NCBI RefSeq assembly: GCF_963676685.1
Contig: NC_092345.1
Location: 106,578,001 to 106,642,000 of the forward strand
DNA: 64,000 nucleotides
Direction of reading: 5' to 3'
Origin: Mytilus edulis
Taxonomy: Eukaryota
Below the pieces are notes generated by a model. The model worked only from the letters and a program-made list of their open reading frames with translations. It was not told the DNA's origin and did no database searches. Numbering within the stretch: position 1 is the stretch's first letter; each line of letters begins with the position of its first letter. Below are positions 52,101 through 63,818 of the stretch, in pieces. Made by a program: the position numbers and the translations under genes.

Positions 52101-54535
52101 TGACTTACAAGAAATACAACAGTTTCCAAACTGACTGTATATGACACACAGCACAAAATGTCTTACCAGAAATACCTCAGTTCCCAAACTGTAAATGACA
52201 CAGCACATAATGTCTTACCAGAAATATCACAGTTCCCAAACTTCATATGACACACAGAATCTATTGTCTTACCAGAAGTGCCACAGTTCCCAAACTGTAT
52301 ATGACACACAGCATATATTGTCTTACCAGAAACATCTCAGTTCCCAAACTTTTTATGACACACAGAATATATTGTCTTATCAGAAATATCACAGTTCCCA
52401 AATTGTTTATGACACACAGCACAACATGACTTACCAGAAATACCACAGTTCCCAAACTGTATATGAAACACAGCACAACATGACTTACCAGAAATACCAC
52501 AGTTCCCAAACTGTATATGCCACACAGCACAAAATGACTTACCAGAAATACCACAGTTCCCAAACTGTATATGACACACAGCATATATTGTCTCCACAAC
52601 AATACTCATTCTCCAAACATCTTTCACTGTCACAGTAATAGCCTTCTACCTGTAATGTTTTATTTTAAATTACAATAACATGTACATGTATAACAGATAT
52701 CATGGATATCACATACCTGTCAACTCACCCGTTTTTTGCGGGTGACACCCGTTATTTTCACCTCTCACCCGGGAGTTTTTCTTTACCCGGCTGGTCCCGG
52801 GAATTTCTAACATTACCCGTTTCACCCGGATTTCTGACCGGAATTGTTTCCGGTATTTAGAAGTAATGCGACCTTCGGTTTTATCGGTCTTTTTCAATGT
52901 AACCAAAAGTCAAAATGTAGGACTGTTTACCTGAGCTGTGAAATAGCTTCAGGTTATTCCTGTGGAAAAACTAAAACCACCCAAATAGTAAAGAGGGCCC
53001 TTTCAGTTGAAAATAACAAAGTGGTAGTTGAAAACAAGCCAAGATTTTTTGTTTTGTCAAAACTTGCTAAAACATTACTGGTTTTGCCAAACAGCAATGC
53101 AGACAGTGAGAGGGCATTTTCTTTAGTAAAGAAAATAGCTACAGAGTGTAGGGCTGATCTTAATAAGGATACACTGTGTGCTCTTCTTTCTTGTAAAATG
53201 AATACACATTTGCATTGCTATGAACTGAAACCAAGTGCAGTTCTTTTAAAGAATGCCAAGTCTGCTACTATGGAATATAACAATAGTCTGAAATAAACTT
53301 GTATACATGTTCTAACTGTTTCATATACATATTGACTATATAAATTATATGTAAACATATTTTTGTTCTTCAATTGAGCCCGCAAAATGTCGTACGCGTT
53401 ATGACCTGAGATTTTTTTTCTCAATGCAGGTCATGACCTGACTTTTCATTTTCAGAGGTTGACAGGTATGATATCAGAACTTGTGTACCAAGAGAACACA
53501 CAACAAGACTATTAATTATAAACTGCCAAACCAACTAACATGTAGGGTGAACATTAATATTTGAGTTTTTTCACTTTTACACGAATCTGCACGTTGCCAG
53601 TTTATGGCTTCAATGGCAATGGGAATGATGATTAAAATAATAGACTAATTTTGACAAATAATTTGTCCAAAAATTAAGGTTACAATAATGAAGATAAAAA
53701 AATAGGACCTCTTACAAATCATGACAAGCATATTTTGACTAGTCACAGATAAATTCAAACCAATTTGATGCTAATGGTAGGCAAAAATCGCTGTATGACA
53801 CCTGACGATAAAAGGCATCCTTCCCTCAACACTAAGAATGAAGAATCCTGCGTACAATAACTTCGTTATAAGGTTAATTACTGACCCCCTACAGATCCAT
53901 AGGAGATTAGCACCTGGGATTCGTTGGGGGTCAGTATCAAACTATATTATACCAACAGGACTGGAAACCGTTACACCAATCAGTGTAATAATATCTAAAG
54001 ACTAAAGACATTATATCTACATCACAGTCATTAGAACTTCACCTGTGCTATTTATCAATACACCATATTGTTTTGACAGTGACAGCTGTCTTGTTAGTAT
54101 AATAGTCCCAGCTAATACATAAAATAATATCACTTTTAAATTTTGTCATTTTTGCATTTTTTGATAGTTTGCCAAGATTTTTTTATAAATTTATCTCAAA
54201 AATTATTTTGCTATAATGTATTAATATCTTTCATTTCTTTCATTAAATATACAACTATATACAAACCTATGAACGACTGAGTAATAAACTCTTATTTCAC
54301 GATAAAATAGCAAAATCAGGCGATCGATCAGCTGTTCTTTGTTCCACGTATTCCATAAAAAAATTCAAATTTGCAAGAGCATAGATTCAAATTATTCGCT
54401 TTTAACTAAAGAAATATTGAAAAGAAGTTTTATTTTATTTGTTTTCACTAACCAGTTTAACACTTTCGTTCAACAACTTACCAAATCTGTTAAAAAATGT
54501 GCAAAGAAAAACCAAAACATCAGATCCGACGCCAT
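49183..54535 (-). CDS. VOPP1/WBP1-family single-pass membrane protein (signal peptide, Cys-rich ectodomain, TM, PPxY tail), 147 aa
   Basis: Exons (minus strand): 54535-54482, 52649-52543, 51622-51481, 49323-49183. GT-AG with consistent phases; 444 nt. Protein: [18 protein letters not shown]|[36 protein letters not shown]|[20 protein letters not shown]...SLAN|GERY...[20 protein letters not shown]-x4-CC followed by ELWYFW, plus PPTY, are family hallmarks. Confidence 0.85.
49574..49846. mobile_element. Kolobok-like MITE with TTAA TSD
   Basis: TTAA|GGTGGTACCCAACAC ... GTGTTAGGTACCACC|TTAA. RR..YY termini with TTAA fit Kolobok rather than piggyBac. Confidence 0.8.
49995..50935. repeat. 74-bp tandem repeat x~10 with shorter deletion-variant units at its left end
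   Basis: GAGGTACATGTATGTCTTAGGCTATTACAGGATTTCTCATGATAACTG...CACAATT with period 74 (50285, 50359, 50433). Confidence 0.93.
51130..51530 (-). repeat. Degenerate ~60-bp repeats derived from the VOPP1-like exon 3 donor junction
   Basis: The minus-strand unit CAACCTATATACAGT...CAAACAG...GCAAAT|GTAAGTCACACC recurs with increasing divergence into the intron. Confidence 0.75.
51720..52595 (-). repeat. 54-bp minisatellite x~15 made from the VOPP1-like exon 2 donor junction
   Basis: Minus-strand unit TGCTGTGTGTCATATACAGTTTGGGAACTGTGGTATTTCTG|GTAAG(T/A)CA...; the rightmost copy is the real exon end ([14 protein letters not shown]). Confidence 0.92.
52712..53470 (+). mobile_element. Internally deleted hAT transposon (759 bp) with 6-bp TSD ATATCA
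   Basis: TIRs CATACCTGTCAAC / GTTGACAGGTATG with ATATCA on both sides. The ORF contains SCGKTKT fused to the hAT C-terminal dimerisation motif [16 protein letters not shown]. Confidence 0.9.
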
Positions 54536-54958
54536 TTTTTCTCCTGACCTTTGACATTGAAAACATTTCGGGGTGCCATCTGTCGGAGAAAAAGTTTTAT
54601 GGCGGGAGTTCCAAATATAAAACAGCAGTGTCTCCCATTTTCTCACTATATTTAATTCATACATAATATTTCTTATTCATTTCGAATTATACTCACTTAT
54701 TTGATTTTTATAGGGTGCTAGGATGAAATTTGAAAAAAGTAGGCAGGAGAGGTACTACTTTGGAATCAGTAATTAACCCATAGAGGATGAAACGGCGGTT
54801 ATACTAACTCCCTATTTAGGGTTCTTTGATTATAACCATTTGAATCAACCAGACCATGAATAGCATGATCCTTCTTTATAGATCTATGAAAGTACGCATC
54901 ATCGAGAAAATTTATCACCACACAAATAGCCATGTACTAAGTACTCCTTTCCGTAAAG

Positions 54959-54998
54959 CAAGGATTTGTATAGTAAGATCTTACTGTACAAATCCTTG
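54959..54998. mobile_element. 40-bp hairpin micro-MITE with 7-bp TSD CGTAAAG
   Basis: CGTAAAG|CAAGGATTTGTATAGTAAGATCTTACTGTACAAATCCTTG|CGTAAAG. Confidence 0.75.
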
Positions 54999-55089
54999 CG
55001 TAAAGATAGAGAATATTTCTGGATAAGGGAATTGGGGACTGCAATGCCATATGATTGCAATGATAATGTCAAATGAGAAGAAAATTTGT

Positions 55090-57400
55090 CAAGTCCTGCC
55101 TGCAGTGATGTTAATGTAATGAGTTTATTTAATACTACCTTACGACAACAACGTCAGTCATGGACAAAACATTACCATCGGCCTAATATAAAAAAAAGTC
55201 TTCCAAATCTAGATCGTCCTCTGGGAGTTTTGATGACCTTCTTTCACATCTTCATCAACCACCAGGGTTACATTACATTAGAACTATTTTTTTTTCATTG
55301 CCTGTTAATTTTCTTAAATGTTTGAGAGATTATGCACTTGACAAAGGAGCGGCATCAATACATTTTCTTCAATATACAGATAAGTCAGTATTATTTGTGA
55401 TGTAGCTCTTTTCCGTCTTTTCAAACCAGTAAGATCGGGACCTTTACTTGAGGAAGAGGAAATTCCTTCCGGTTCACTTTACTAATAGAGGAATTGATGC
55501 AATCAACATCTGCAACGTTCTACATCATAAGGAGGTAACATCTAAAATCCTATTTCAAAATCAGTCTGTTCCTATTGTATCCTACAGTTACACCAAAACC
55601 ATTGCACCTAAAGTATATTTAACTTATAAACAAGCATTGCAGGACCTTGACTTAGAACAATACCTTAAAAAAACCTCCGACATTTGACTGTTCCCACTCG
55701 CCTTGTAATTACAGCCCTCCTGGCCATGTCATAACTTGGGATTTAAACATAATTCAACATGAAAATCTCCGAAAGGTGATTTCCCATGCATGGTCCTAAG
55801 TTTAGAGAACCCCAACACATCAATTGGAACCATAACTTCAGAATAATTATGGATTCCATCGAGGACTACGCGAGCATGGGCTAAACGAGAAGAATTTGAA
55901 CTGGACACTTTGTTAGAATGGGCCAAAACTATCAGGTCTCTGATAAAACGTCGCATTCATAAGTTGTAAAACTGTGTGAATGATCGACCAAAGTCCGTTT
56001 TCAGAGACAAAGAGGCAGTGAAATGTCTATCATCTCTTCATGATAAGTATGTTGTTGTTCCTGCGGACAAAGCTTCAAGTAATATTGTCTTTGTATGTAA
56101 ATCGTATAATTACGAATCGAATGTCTTGTAAAGGAATTAGGAATAAATTAGCACTCAGGTAATCCCACATACAAAGACATATCATTTGACAAGGATGAAA
56201 TTTTAGCAAATCATAAGTCCTTCATGGATTCGATGAACATTTCATTGAACACAAAATCGGAGGACTTACCTTGTTTGTATTGGATACCTAAGCTTCATAA
56301 AATTCCGTACAAACAACAGTACATTGTCGGCTCATCTTCATGATCCACTAAAGAATTGTCCATTAGATTGACTTTCAGTCCGCAGTGAAAGAGGGTCTTA
56401 AGAAAAACTGCGAAACTGTTTACTCGCGTAGTGGTATTAACCATATGTGGATTCTTAAACATTCTAAAGAACTTCGAGATAATTTTAAATCTCGGTCTTT
56501 TTCTGAAATCAGTTCTATCAAAACTTTTGACTTTTCAACCCTGTATACCACCATTCCCCATTTGAAATTGAAAAATCGCATAATCCACAATGCCTTTCAA
56601 CATAAAAAAGGTAGCATACGCTATAAATTTATTACTTTGGGATATCATAAGGCATATTTTGTTAATAGTGAAAAAAGGGAAAGTATGCTACACAGAAGAA
56701 CAAGAGATCAGTATGCTGGAGTTTCAACATATTTGTTGAATTTGGAGGTAGACTTTTTCAACAAATTGTCGGCATTCCTATGTGAACTAACTGTGCGCAT
56801 CTCCTTGCCGACCTCTTCTTTTTTTCATATGAATTGGATTTCCTTCAGACACTTGTCAAAACAAGAAGATAAAAGAAGCCAGATTATTTAATTTCACTTT
56901 CAGATATATTGATGATGTTCTTTCCATAAACAATCCGAACTTTTCTGATTGGGTTCCATTAATATCCCTCCAGAAATAGAAATTAAAGAAACAAAAGACA
57001 CGGCTTCCTCCCTCTCATTTTTAGACTTATATCTCGAATTTGACATACACAGTCATCTCAGGACCAGAATCTATGACAAACGAGACGATTTTAATTTTGA
57101 AATTATAAATTTCGCCCACCTTAGTAGCAATATATCAACTTCACCTGCATATGGGATATACATTTCCTAACTTATTCGATATTTAAGAGCTTGCAGCTCC
57201 TTCCCAGACTTTGTAAAACGTCACCAGTGCCTGTCAGTGAGCAGAAAGTTGATGAACCAGGGGTATGTCAAAGAACGACTCGTCCTTTTCCTAAAAAAAG
57301 TTTATCGGAAGATACCAAGACCTTGTTGATAAATATTCCGTATCAACTTCACAAATAATACATGGTGGTCTTGATGTATAGATTTTGCGTACTGACATTG
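55090..57400 (+). mobile_element. Decayed Penelope-like element RT
   Basis: Frameshifted fragments: KFREP, VPADKASSNI, LYWIPKLHK, TFDFSTLYTTIPH, GIPM(G)TNCA, FRYIDDVLSINN, YDKRDDFNF, SPAYGIYIS. No GIY-YIG domain seen after the RT. Confidence 0.88.
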
Positions 57401-57998
57401 TTTATTATCTTAACAACGTGTTATATTGTTCTTTCATTTGAATTTGTTTTATTATTAATATTACGTTTACTGTTTGGATTGTTTTCTGTGATATCCATTT
57501 GACGTGACTCGGTACTTATACACCCCGTCAATATGTTTGTATTATCTAATTCTTTCATTTTTGCAGGTGTGTTTTATATATGCGACTTTTTGTGATTCTT
57601 TGGTTCTTATAACGTGACTCTGTACTTTAAAAGATCCCGTCATTATGTTATTCTTCTATTATTTGTCATTATGTTATAGTTCAATTATAAATTAGAAAAA
57701 ACGTTGATTCTACAGAACTTCTGGAGAATTTTAAATCTCGGTCTATTTCTGAAATTAATTCTAACATACTTTTGATTTTTTAACCCTGTATGCTAACATT
57801 CCCCATGTAAAATTATAAAATTATTTTGTGTAAACATTGAACGAAAAAAATTCTTTCTATATATATGACGTATAAATTTTCTGACGTCAGACACGCTAAG
57901 CAAAGACTGTGTTTTTAATTTGATAGATGCTTTTGTTCTTTTTTGTAAAATTGTTTGTTTTAAGATTGTAACACATTGATGACTGCTGTACACAGCAC

Positions 57999-58106
57999 AG
58001 GCACTTATTTCTGTCAATATCGGGTTTACTATCCATACCCGTATGAAAAGTGATTTTTCGTACGGGTATGGATATTAAACCCGATATTGACAGAAACAAG
58101 TGCCCT
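57999..58106. mobile_element. ~108-bp foldback hairpin element
   Basis: GGCACTTATTTCTGTCAATATCGGGTTTA...CCATACCCGTA pairs with TACGGGTATGG...TAAACCCGATATTGACAGAAACAAGTGCC. Confidence 0.75.
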
Positions 58107-58111
58107 TGCTG

Positions 58112-58375
58112 CTATACCCATATTTTGACTATTTTATTTATTAAGTCTGTTTTGTTCACGCATCGTTGTAAATATGACGGAATTTGATGATACTGTCGTA
58201 AAAGTGAGAGGTTCAATCCACCATTTTCTACATTTGAAAATGCCTGTACCAAGTCAGGAATATGACAGTTTTTGTCCATTCGTTTCATGTGTTTTGCCAT
58301 TTGATTTTGCCATGTGATTAGGGACTTCCCGATTGCATTTTCCTCGGAGTTCAGTATTTTTGTGATTTTACTTTT
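58112..58375. repeat. Interspersed repeat shared with 29045-29162 (probably Penelope terminal-region derived)
   Basis: AATATGACAGTT...GATTTTGCCATGTGATTAGGGACTT...CCTCGGAGTTCAGTATTTTTGTG present at both sites. Confidence 0.7.
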
Positions 58376-58414
58376 TAATATCATGGATGGTTCTCTTTAA
58401 AAAAAAAAAAAAGG

Positions 58415-58775
58415 CTGGCAAACCCTGAAAAATGCCAGGGAATTACCATAGGTAAAAAAACAAACACTCAACCGCTAAATTGACCATTCAACATATTTAA
58501 CCCAAATCAACCGTTGTATTAAAGCCAGTATTGGTATCGACAACGTATTCATACAAATACACATACATAAAATGTGAAGACGAGGTGAAACTTCTTGGTG
58601 TAACAATTGACTTTAAACTGGATTTAAAAAAAACCATGAAAACAACTAAACGTACTAAAAAGAATTGGCACTAATCCCACCAGACTTTCTAAACTTACAA
58701 TACAACACTCATTTATCTTGTCAAACCTCAGCTATTGCCCTCTTACATGCCGCACTTCTGCAGTGAACAAAACCA
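58415..58775 (+). mobile_element. Decayed LINE RT C-terminal fragment
   Basis: NPEK, CEDEVKLLGVTIDFKL, QLNVLKRIG and SFILSN.SYCPL remnants across frames. Confidence 0.65.
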
Positions 58776-60851
58776 CCCGATCATGCAATGTTAGCCACTA
58801 TTAGTGGAGATCTATTAGTAATATTAGTCCACTAGTAACACTAACAACAGTATACTTTTATACTGCACAGTATAGATGTTAAGTGCTGGTAGGAACTAAC
58901 AACATACAATATATGTAATACTCAATACAAACACGGATCTTTTCCGGTATTTTATGGCGTAGTATTACAGTTACAGTGTTACCACTAATAAGGTTAACAA
59001 CGTACTTTTTATATTACCCAAAACAACAACGGAAACAACATCCGCGGTTAGCGAATGCTTATGTCGGATTTTGAAACAACACAACGATAGCAGTAGTTAT
59101 AAGCATTAATTTAGCTTTTATTGATATAGTTAAAAAAAAAAAAAACGTTATGTTGTGGACTGGTTTTTTTTTTTGAACGAATGGTTGCTTTTCTAAAAAG
59201 ACGGTTTTTGTTTAGAATCATTAACTGAAGTTTATTTGTTTTGTAATACGGGCTTTCTTTTTGTTGGCTTTTAAAATATAACGTTACCTCAAAACTGAAA
59301 CCTAGAAATACGTTAATCAACATCAGACTGACAACTGAATCTATATTTATTTTTTTTAGGTTTTGTTGGAAAATTGTTGTAGTGACGGAACAGTTAGAAA
59401 CCTGCTCGATGCAAAATGAATTGAGATCAGTATATATATTGGTTTTACATAACAGTTGGATACCTGCATAATAGCTTGGATGGAAATGTATTAAAATTAG
59501 CAAATTGCCAAATTATGACATAATGCGAAGCAATTATTGAAAAAATATGTACGTTGCGTGTGTTAATCTGTATATCGATATATAAGAGAGTATTTGCATG
59601 TGCCACAATATCTTGTAATATTTTGAGATCTCATAAAGAATAAATACACAATTTCTGTATAAAATATTTTTACATTATATTGAAAAGGCAGTTACAAAAA
59701 TAAAACAGGATTTATAAATGTTGAACCTACTTATTACTAGATTTATTTTTTTAATATTGTAAATTTCTTTTTGAAATCTTGGCTAAACCTCTGTGCAATT
59801 TTCGGTATTTTGCATACCAGCGCTAATTCAAATGTTAGTACTAGTAGAACTAACAAAGTATAAAATATATTTTTCATTATCCAATCAGATTGATCTTAAT
59901 AAAATCAAAATTGCAGAAAGTCTTGAAGAAAGTGCCATTTGACTCCATATTTGTTTACCATAAAAAGAAATTGTGTTCGTATTTATATAAGAAGAAGATG
60001 GTGAGTCTGTCTTTACTGGCCGAGTGTATTATATATATATATATAATTATACTGATATTCATACAAGAATTGCACTGAATTTTCTAGATCCCTGTCTATG
60101 ATTTGAATAAGTTACAACCACGTGTGTTTACAAGCAACTATGAGGTGAAAAGTTTAAATATTCTTAAATTGGTATTTTTTTCATGGCCTTTTTCTTCTTT
60201 AAATTAGACAAAATTCTGTCTTATAACAACAACTTTAACTCACATCTTCGAATTTCGAATTATTATAATTTTTAGAAATGTATCGTTGTAGATTTACAAA
60301 TCCCAAGTACAAATCAACATCTATGAATTGAATGTGTATGTTATTTTTAAGAAGAAAGACTGTGAAGACATGTTATTATCATATTAAATGCAATACCTGT
60401 TCATGTGCTAATCCAGGAGGTTGTTTTTTTTAAAAAGGGGGGAGAGGCCGTCAACAAGGCAACGTTAGGGGCTCACAAAAGTATATGTATAATCATGAAT
60501 GTATCGCTTTATCAGTGATTGATTGGAATTGGGTATGTCTCCTCAGAATCTGCACAAACCTCTATGTTGTTTGATGTTATAAACGTGTTGTAAATAGACA
60601 GGTTCTATATTAATACAGGGAACCACTAAAAAGAGTTGTCTTTCTTTGTTTACATATATAAACTGAGAGCCCTGAGAATGTCCATTTCATTTCTTCCTTG
60701 TTAAAAATCTAATCTTCAATTCAATATCAGTTCTCTTTTGAAATAAAAACTGTTACATTTTTGCTCAGTTTTAGCTCTTTTACCTGTAATTCGATTCAAG
60801 GGACCTTAATTTATATAAGACAAATAAGTTATTCTTGTTTCCGAAACCCAG

Positions 60852-61215
60852 GGGCCGGTTTCACGAAGCGTTCCTGAGATATGTCATAAAATATATATAT
60901 CTTGGGACATGTCTTATGAACCTCCGTCATTTATAAAGTTTTGTTATAAACAGGAAAATGGGATATATAATTAGATAAAAATAGGATATTTTGCAAAATT
61001 AGCATACATGTAGTTTATATAAATAAACTTAATATGACTATCCTAAGACCATCATAAGACACCTCTTGTGTAGTCCTAACTGTATGACCAACTTTAAGAG
61101 TCTTAGAGATGTCCTAATTTAGGACCACTTCGTGAAATTCACTTAGGACTAAGATATGTCGTAAGACCATCCTAAGACATGTCTTAGTCCTAAAACAGCT
61201 TCGTGAAACTGGCCC
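60852..61215. mobile_element. PIF/Harbinger-like MITE with 3-bp CAG TSD
   Basis: CAG|GGGCCGGTTTCACGAAGC ... GCTTCGTGAAACTGGCCC|CAG, with internal TAAGAC subrepeats. Confidence 0.78.
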
Positions 61216-62622
61216 CAGTATTCATATCATTTAATTGTTTTTTGCACGCTTTCGAAATAAAACAATGTTCATATATACTAATTTGATTCAAAAAGGAAAG
61301 TTATAGAAATAATTAAACTAATTGAAAGATTATGTCTTCATCATATGAAAATTAAGCACAACCTAATTATAAAAAAGGAAGATGTGGTATGATTGGAAAT
61401 GAGACAACTCTTTACAAGACAAAAAAGAATCCAGAAATTAACAGATATCGGTCAACGTACGGCCTTTTGCAGTCAGAAAACACCCAACCCCATAGACCGA
61501 CATTAATTGCACCGAAAGCACAAATGTACGATAAAACTAAAGGCTATAATGATCATTAATGTACCAAAAAATGAACATAAGGCAAATATGTAACATATTA
61601 AAAATAAAAACCACTGAATAGTAGATTCCGGACTTGGGACAGGCACATACACATGCAGAATGTCATTATACGAGATCCCAACAATTCCTACTCATACAAG
61701 TTGAAAACGTACTAACAAATCAATGGGAATACGAAACAACGATAAAAAGTCCAAAAAAAATCTGCAAAACCCACCATTAAAAACTGAAAACTTAACAACA
61801 CACCTATGAAAACAGAGTTATAACTATGAACGAACAAAACGCAATAATCACGACAGCCTTATATAGCACGCCGTTTTTATATTTTTTCAAATTTGAAGAT
61901 ATCTTATTTATTTAACAAGATATCTTATTAAGTATTAAGATATCTTTAATTTTTATAAGATATCTTATTTAATTTGAAAGTAAATAAGATATCTCTATTA
62001 GTTTATAAGATATCTCTATAAGTTAATAAGATATCTCTATTAATTAATAACAGAATTAAGGATCTGTCGTTCTTGGAAAAATATGTTTACTGATTAGACA
62101 GAAAACGCAACACAAAACATTCAAAAAATTGAAATAATTTATAGATATATATAGGGAGATGTGGTATGAGTGTCGATGAGACAACTCTCCATCCAAATCA
62201 CAATTTATAAAAGTATTAAACCATTATAGGCCCAGGTACGGCCTTCAACACGGAGCATAGGCTCACGTCAAAGAGCAAGCTATAAAGGGCCCAAAAATAC
62301 TAGTGAAAAATCATTCAAACGTGAAAACCAATGGTCTAATCTATTTAAAAACGAGAATTTAAAATTAGTTACATGTTTAAAGACAAGATGATCTTCTAGA
62401 TACGTACATTATGAAAAGTTTATATCAAGATATATGCAACATCTGTAAATTAAACTTGCATGTTTTTACTTTGTTTTTACAAAACTGGGTTCAACAAAAG
62501 CGTTTACCGTTTCCACCATAGAAACTATACACCGTGCAACACAACCCCCAGTCATATATGAATATAACAAAAAAACTAAACAATCACATTTTTATGATCT
62601 TGCGTTATACTTTTGGGTCAAG

Positions 62623-63818
62623 AAAAGAACCAGATTTGATTACACAGCAGAAATGATTGAAGTGTTGGAGGCTGCATGGACAGCTGGCATGCGGTCCGCA
62701 GGGAAGGACCAAAAAATTGTAGAAGTTGCTTTACAACTTCAGTTGCAACCAGAAAAAGTAAAGGTACTATTACGAAAACTATGTTTGTCTTTACAAAAAA
62801 AGATTTATGAATCACTCATACTTATTCACTTTGAAAACGAAAGGAAATGTGGTTTTATACATTGCATACGTTTATTATATGCACTGGGAAAACACAAAAC
62901 TAGCAAATAACACATAAACACAAGGACAGTTTATAGCACCGATTTCAGTGAATTATTTAAAATATCCAAAATAAAGTATATGTCAAAAATTAATGCCAAT
63001 AAATCAAATATGGCAAATAACTAAACCGCGTACTATTTATCTTTAATTTTGAAGCTAGCATAATAATTCATTTTAAACGAAACATAAAAATATGAAGATG
63101 TGTCATGATTGTCAAAAGTACAAACTTTTAAAAACAAATGGTGCCGAAGCAATCATTCAAAATTTACCTTCTAGCCTTGGAAATCACGGCATAACACTAT
63201 TTTATAGGTATCAAATAAAATCCAATATGATACCAGCGGCCTGATTTATAAACAATTCAATTTTTGTTATAAAGATAGAAGTCACGTTTATATTGTGTGC
63301 GTATATAAAATAAAAAGAAGATTTGGTATGATTGCCAATCAGACAACTTTCAACAATTGACTGAATGACACTGAAATTTAAAACAACTGAAACACAGTGC
63401 GGCCTTTAACAATGATCAAAGGTCATATCGCATAGTCAGCTATAAACAAAACGATGGAAAATAATCGACAGAGCCTCGCATTCCACCTGTTTTTCAGTCC
63501 ATTCTGACATTGTTGTAATGCCAGTCAATGCACTTGTTATCTATTCATAACATTCGGATTAATGCTTCCACTTATCTAGATCTAGTATTTAGAAGCAATT
63601 AAAATAAAGGTGTGTTTTTTTTATATTAAAGAATTTTGTTTCTGTAAAAATTGTACAAAAAAATAACTTTTTTATACTCTACTTCTGATTGTAGGAATGG
63701 ATTGGCAATCGAAATGCTAAAGAATCTAGAAGACAAGGTGGACAAACTGTAAAAAAGTCAAAAATATTGACAAAGGGGCCAAATTCATACTCCTTATTTG
63801 CAAGAAGTGTTGAACGAG
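62623..63818 (+). CDS. Partial gene: HDX-like divergent homeodomain (continues beyond the window)
   Basis: Exons about 62623-62763 and 63695-63818 join in frame: KRTRFDYTAEMIEVLEAAWTAGMRSAGKDQKIVEVALQLQLQPEKVK|EWIGNRNAKE...KGPNSYSLF. The W..GM.S.G...KI..VA..L...V..WIGNR pattern resembles HDX homeodomains. Possible ATG|GTGAGT first exon at 59998-60000. Confidence 0.6.

Noticed and set aside
51612-52638. Several Cys/His-rich ORFs that look like zinc fingers or metallothionein
   Set aside because: They are alternative frames of the 54-bp minisatellite; only the rightmost unit is coding.
54030-54075. Alternative first exon for the VOPP1-like gene (CAG|GTGAAG)
   Set aside because: In-frame stops. 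The 54535-54482 exon gives a proper signal peptide and a GTAAGT donor.
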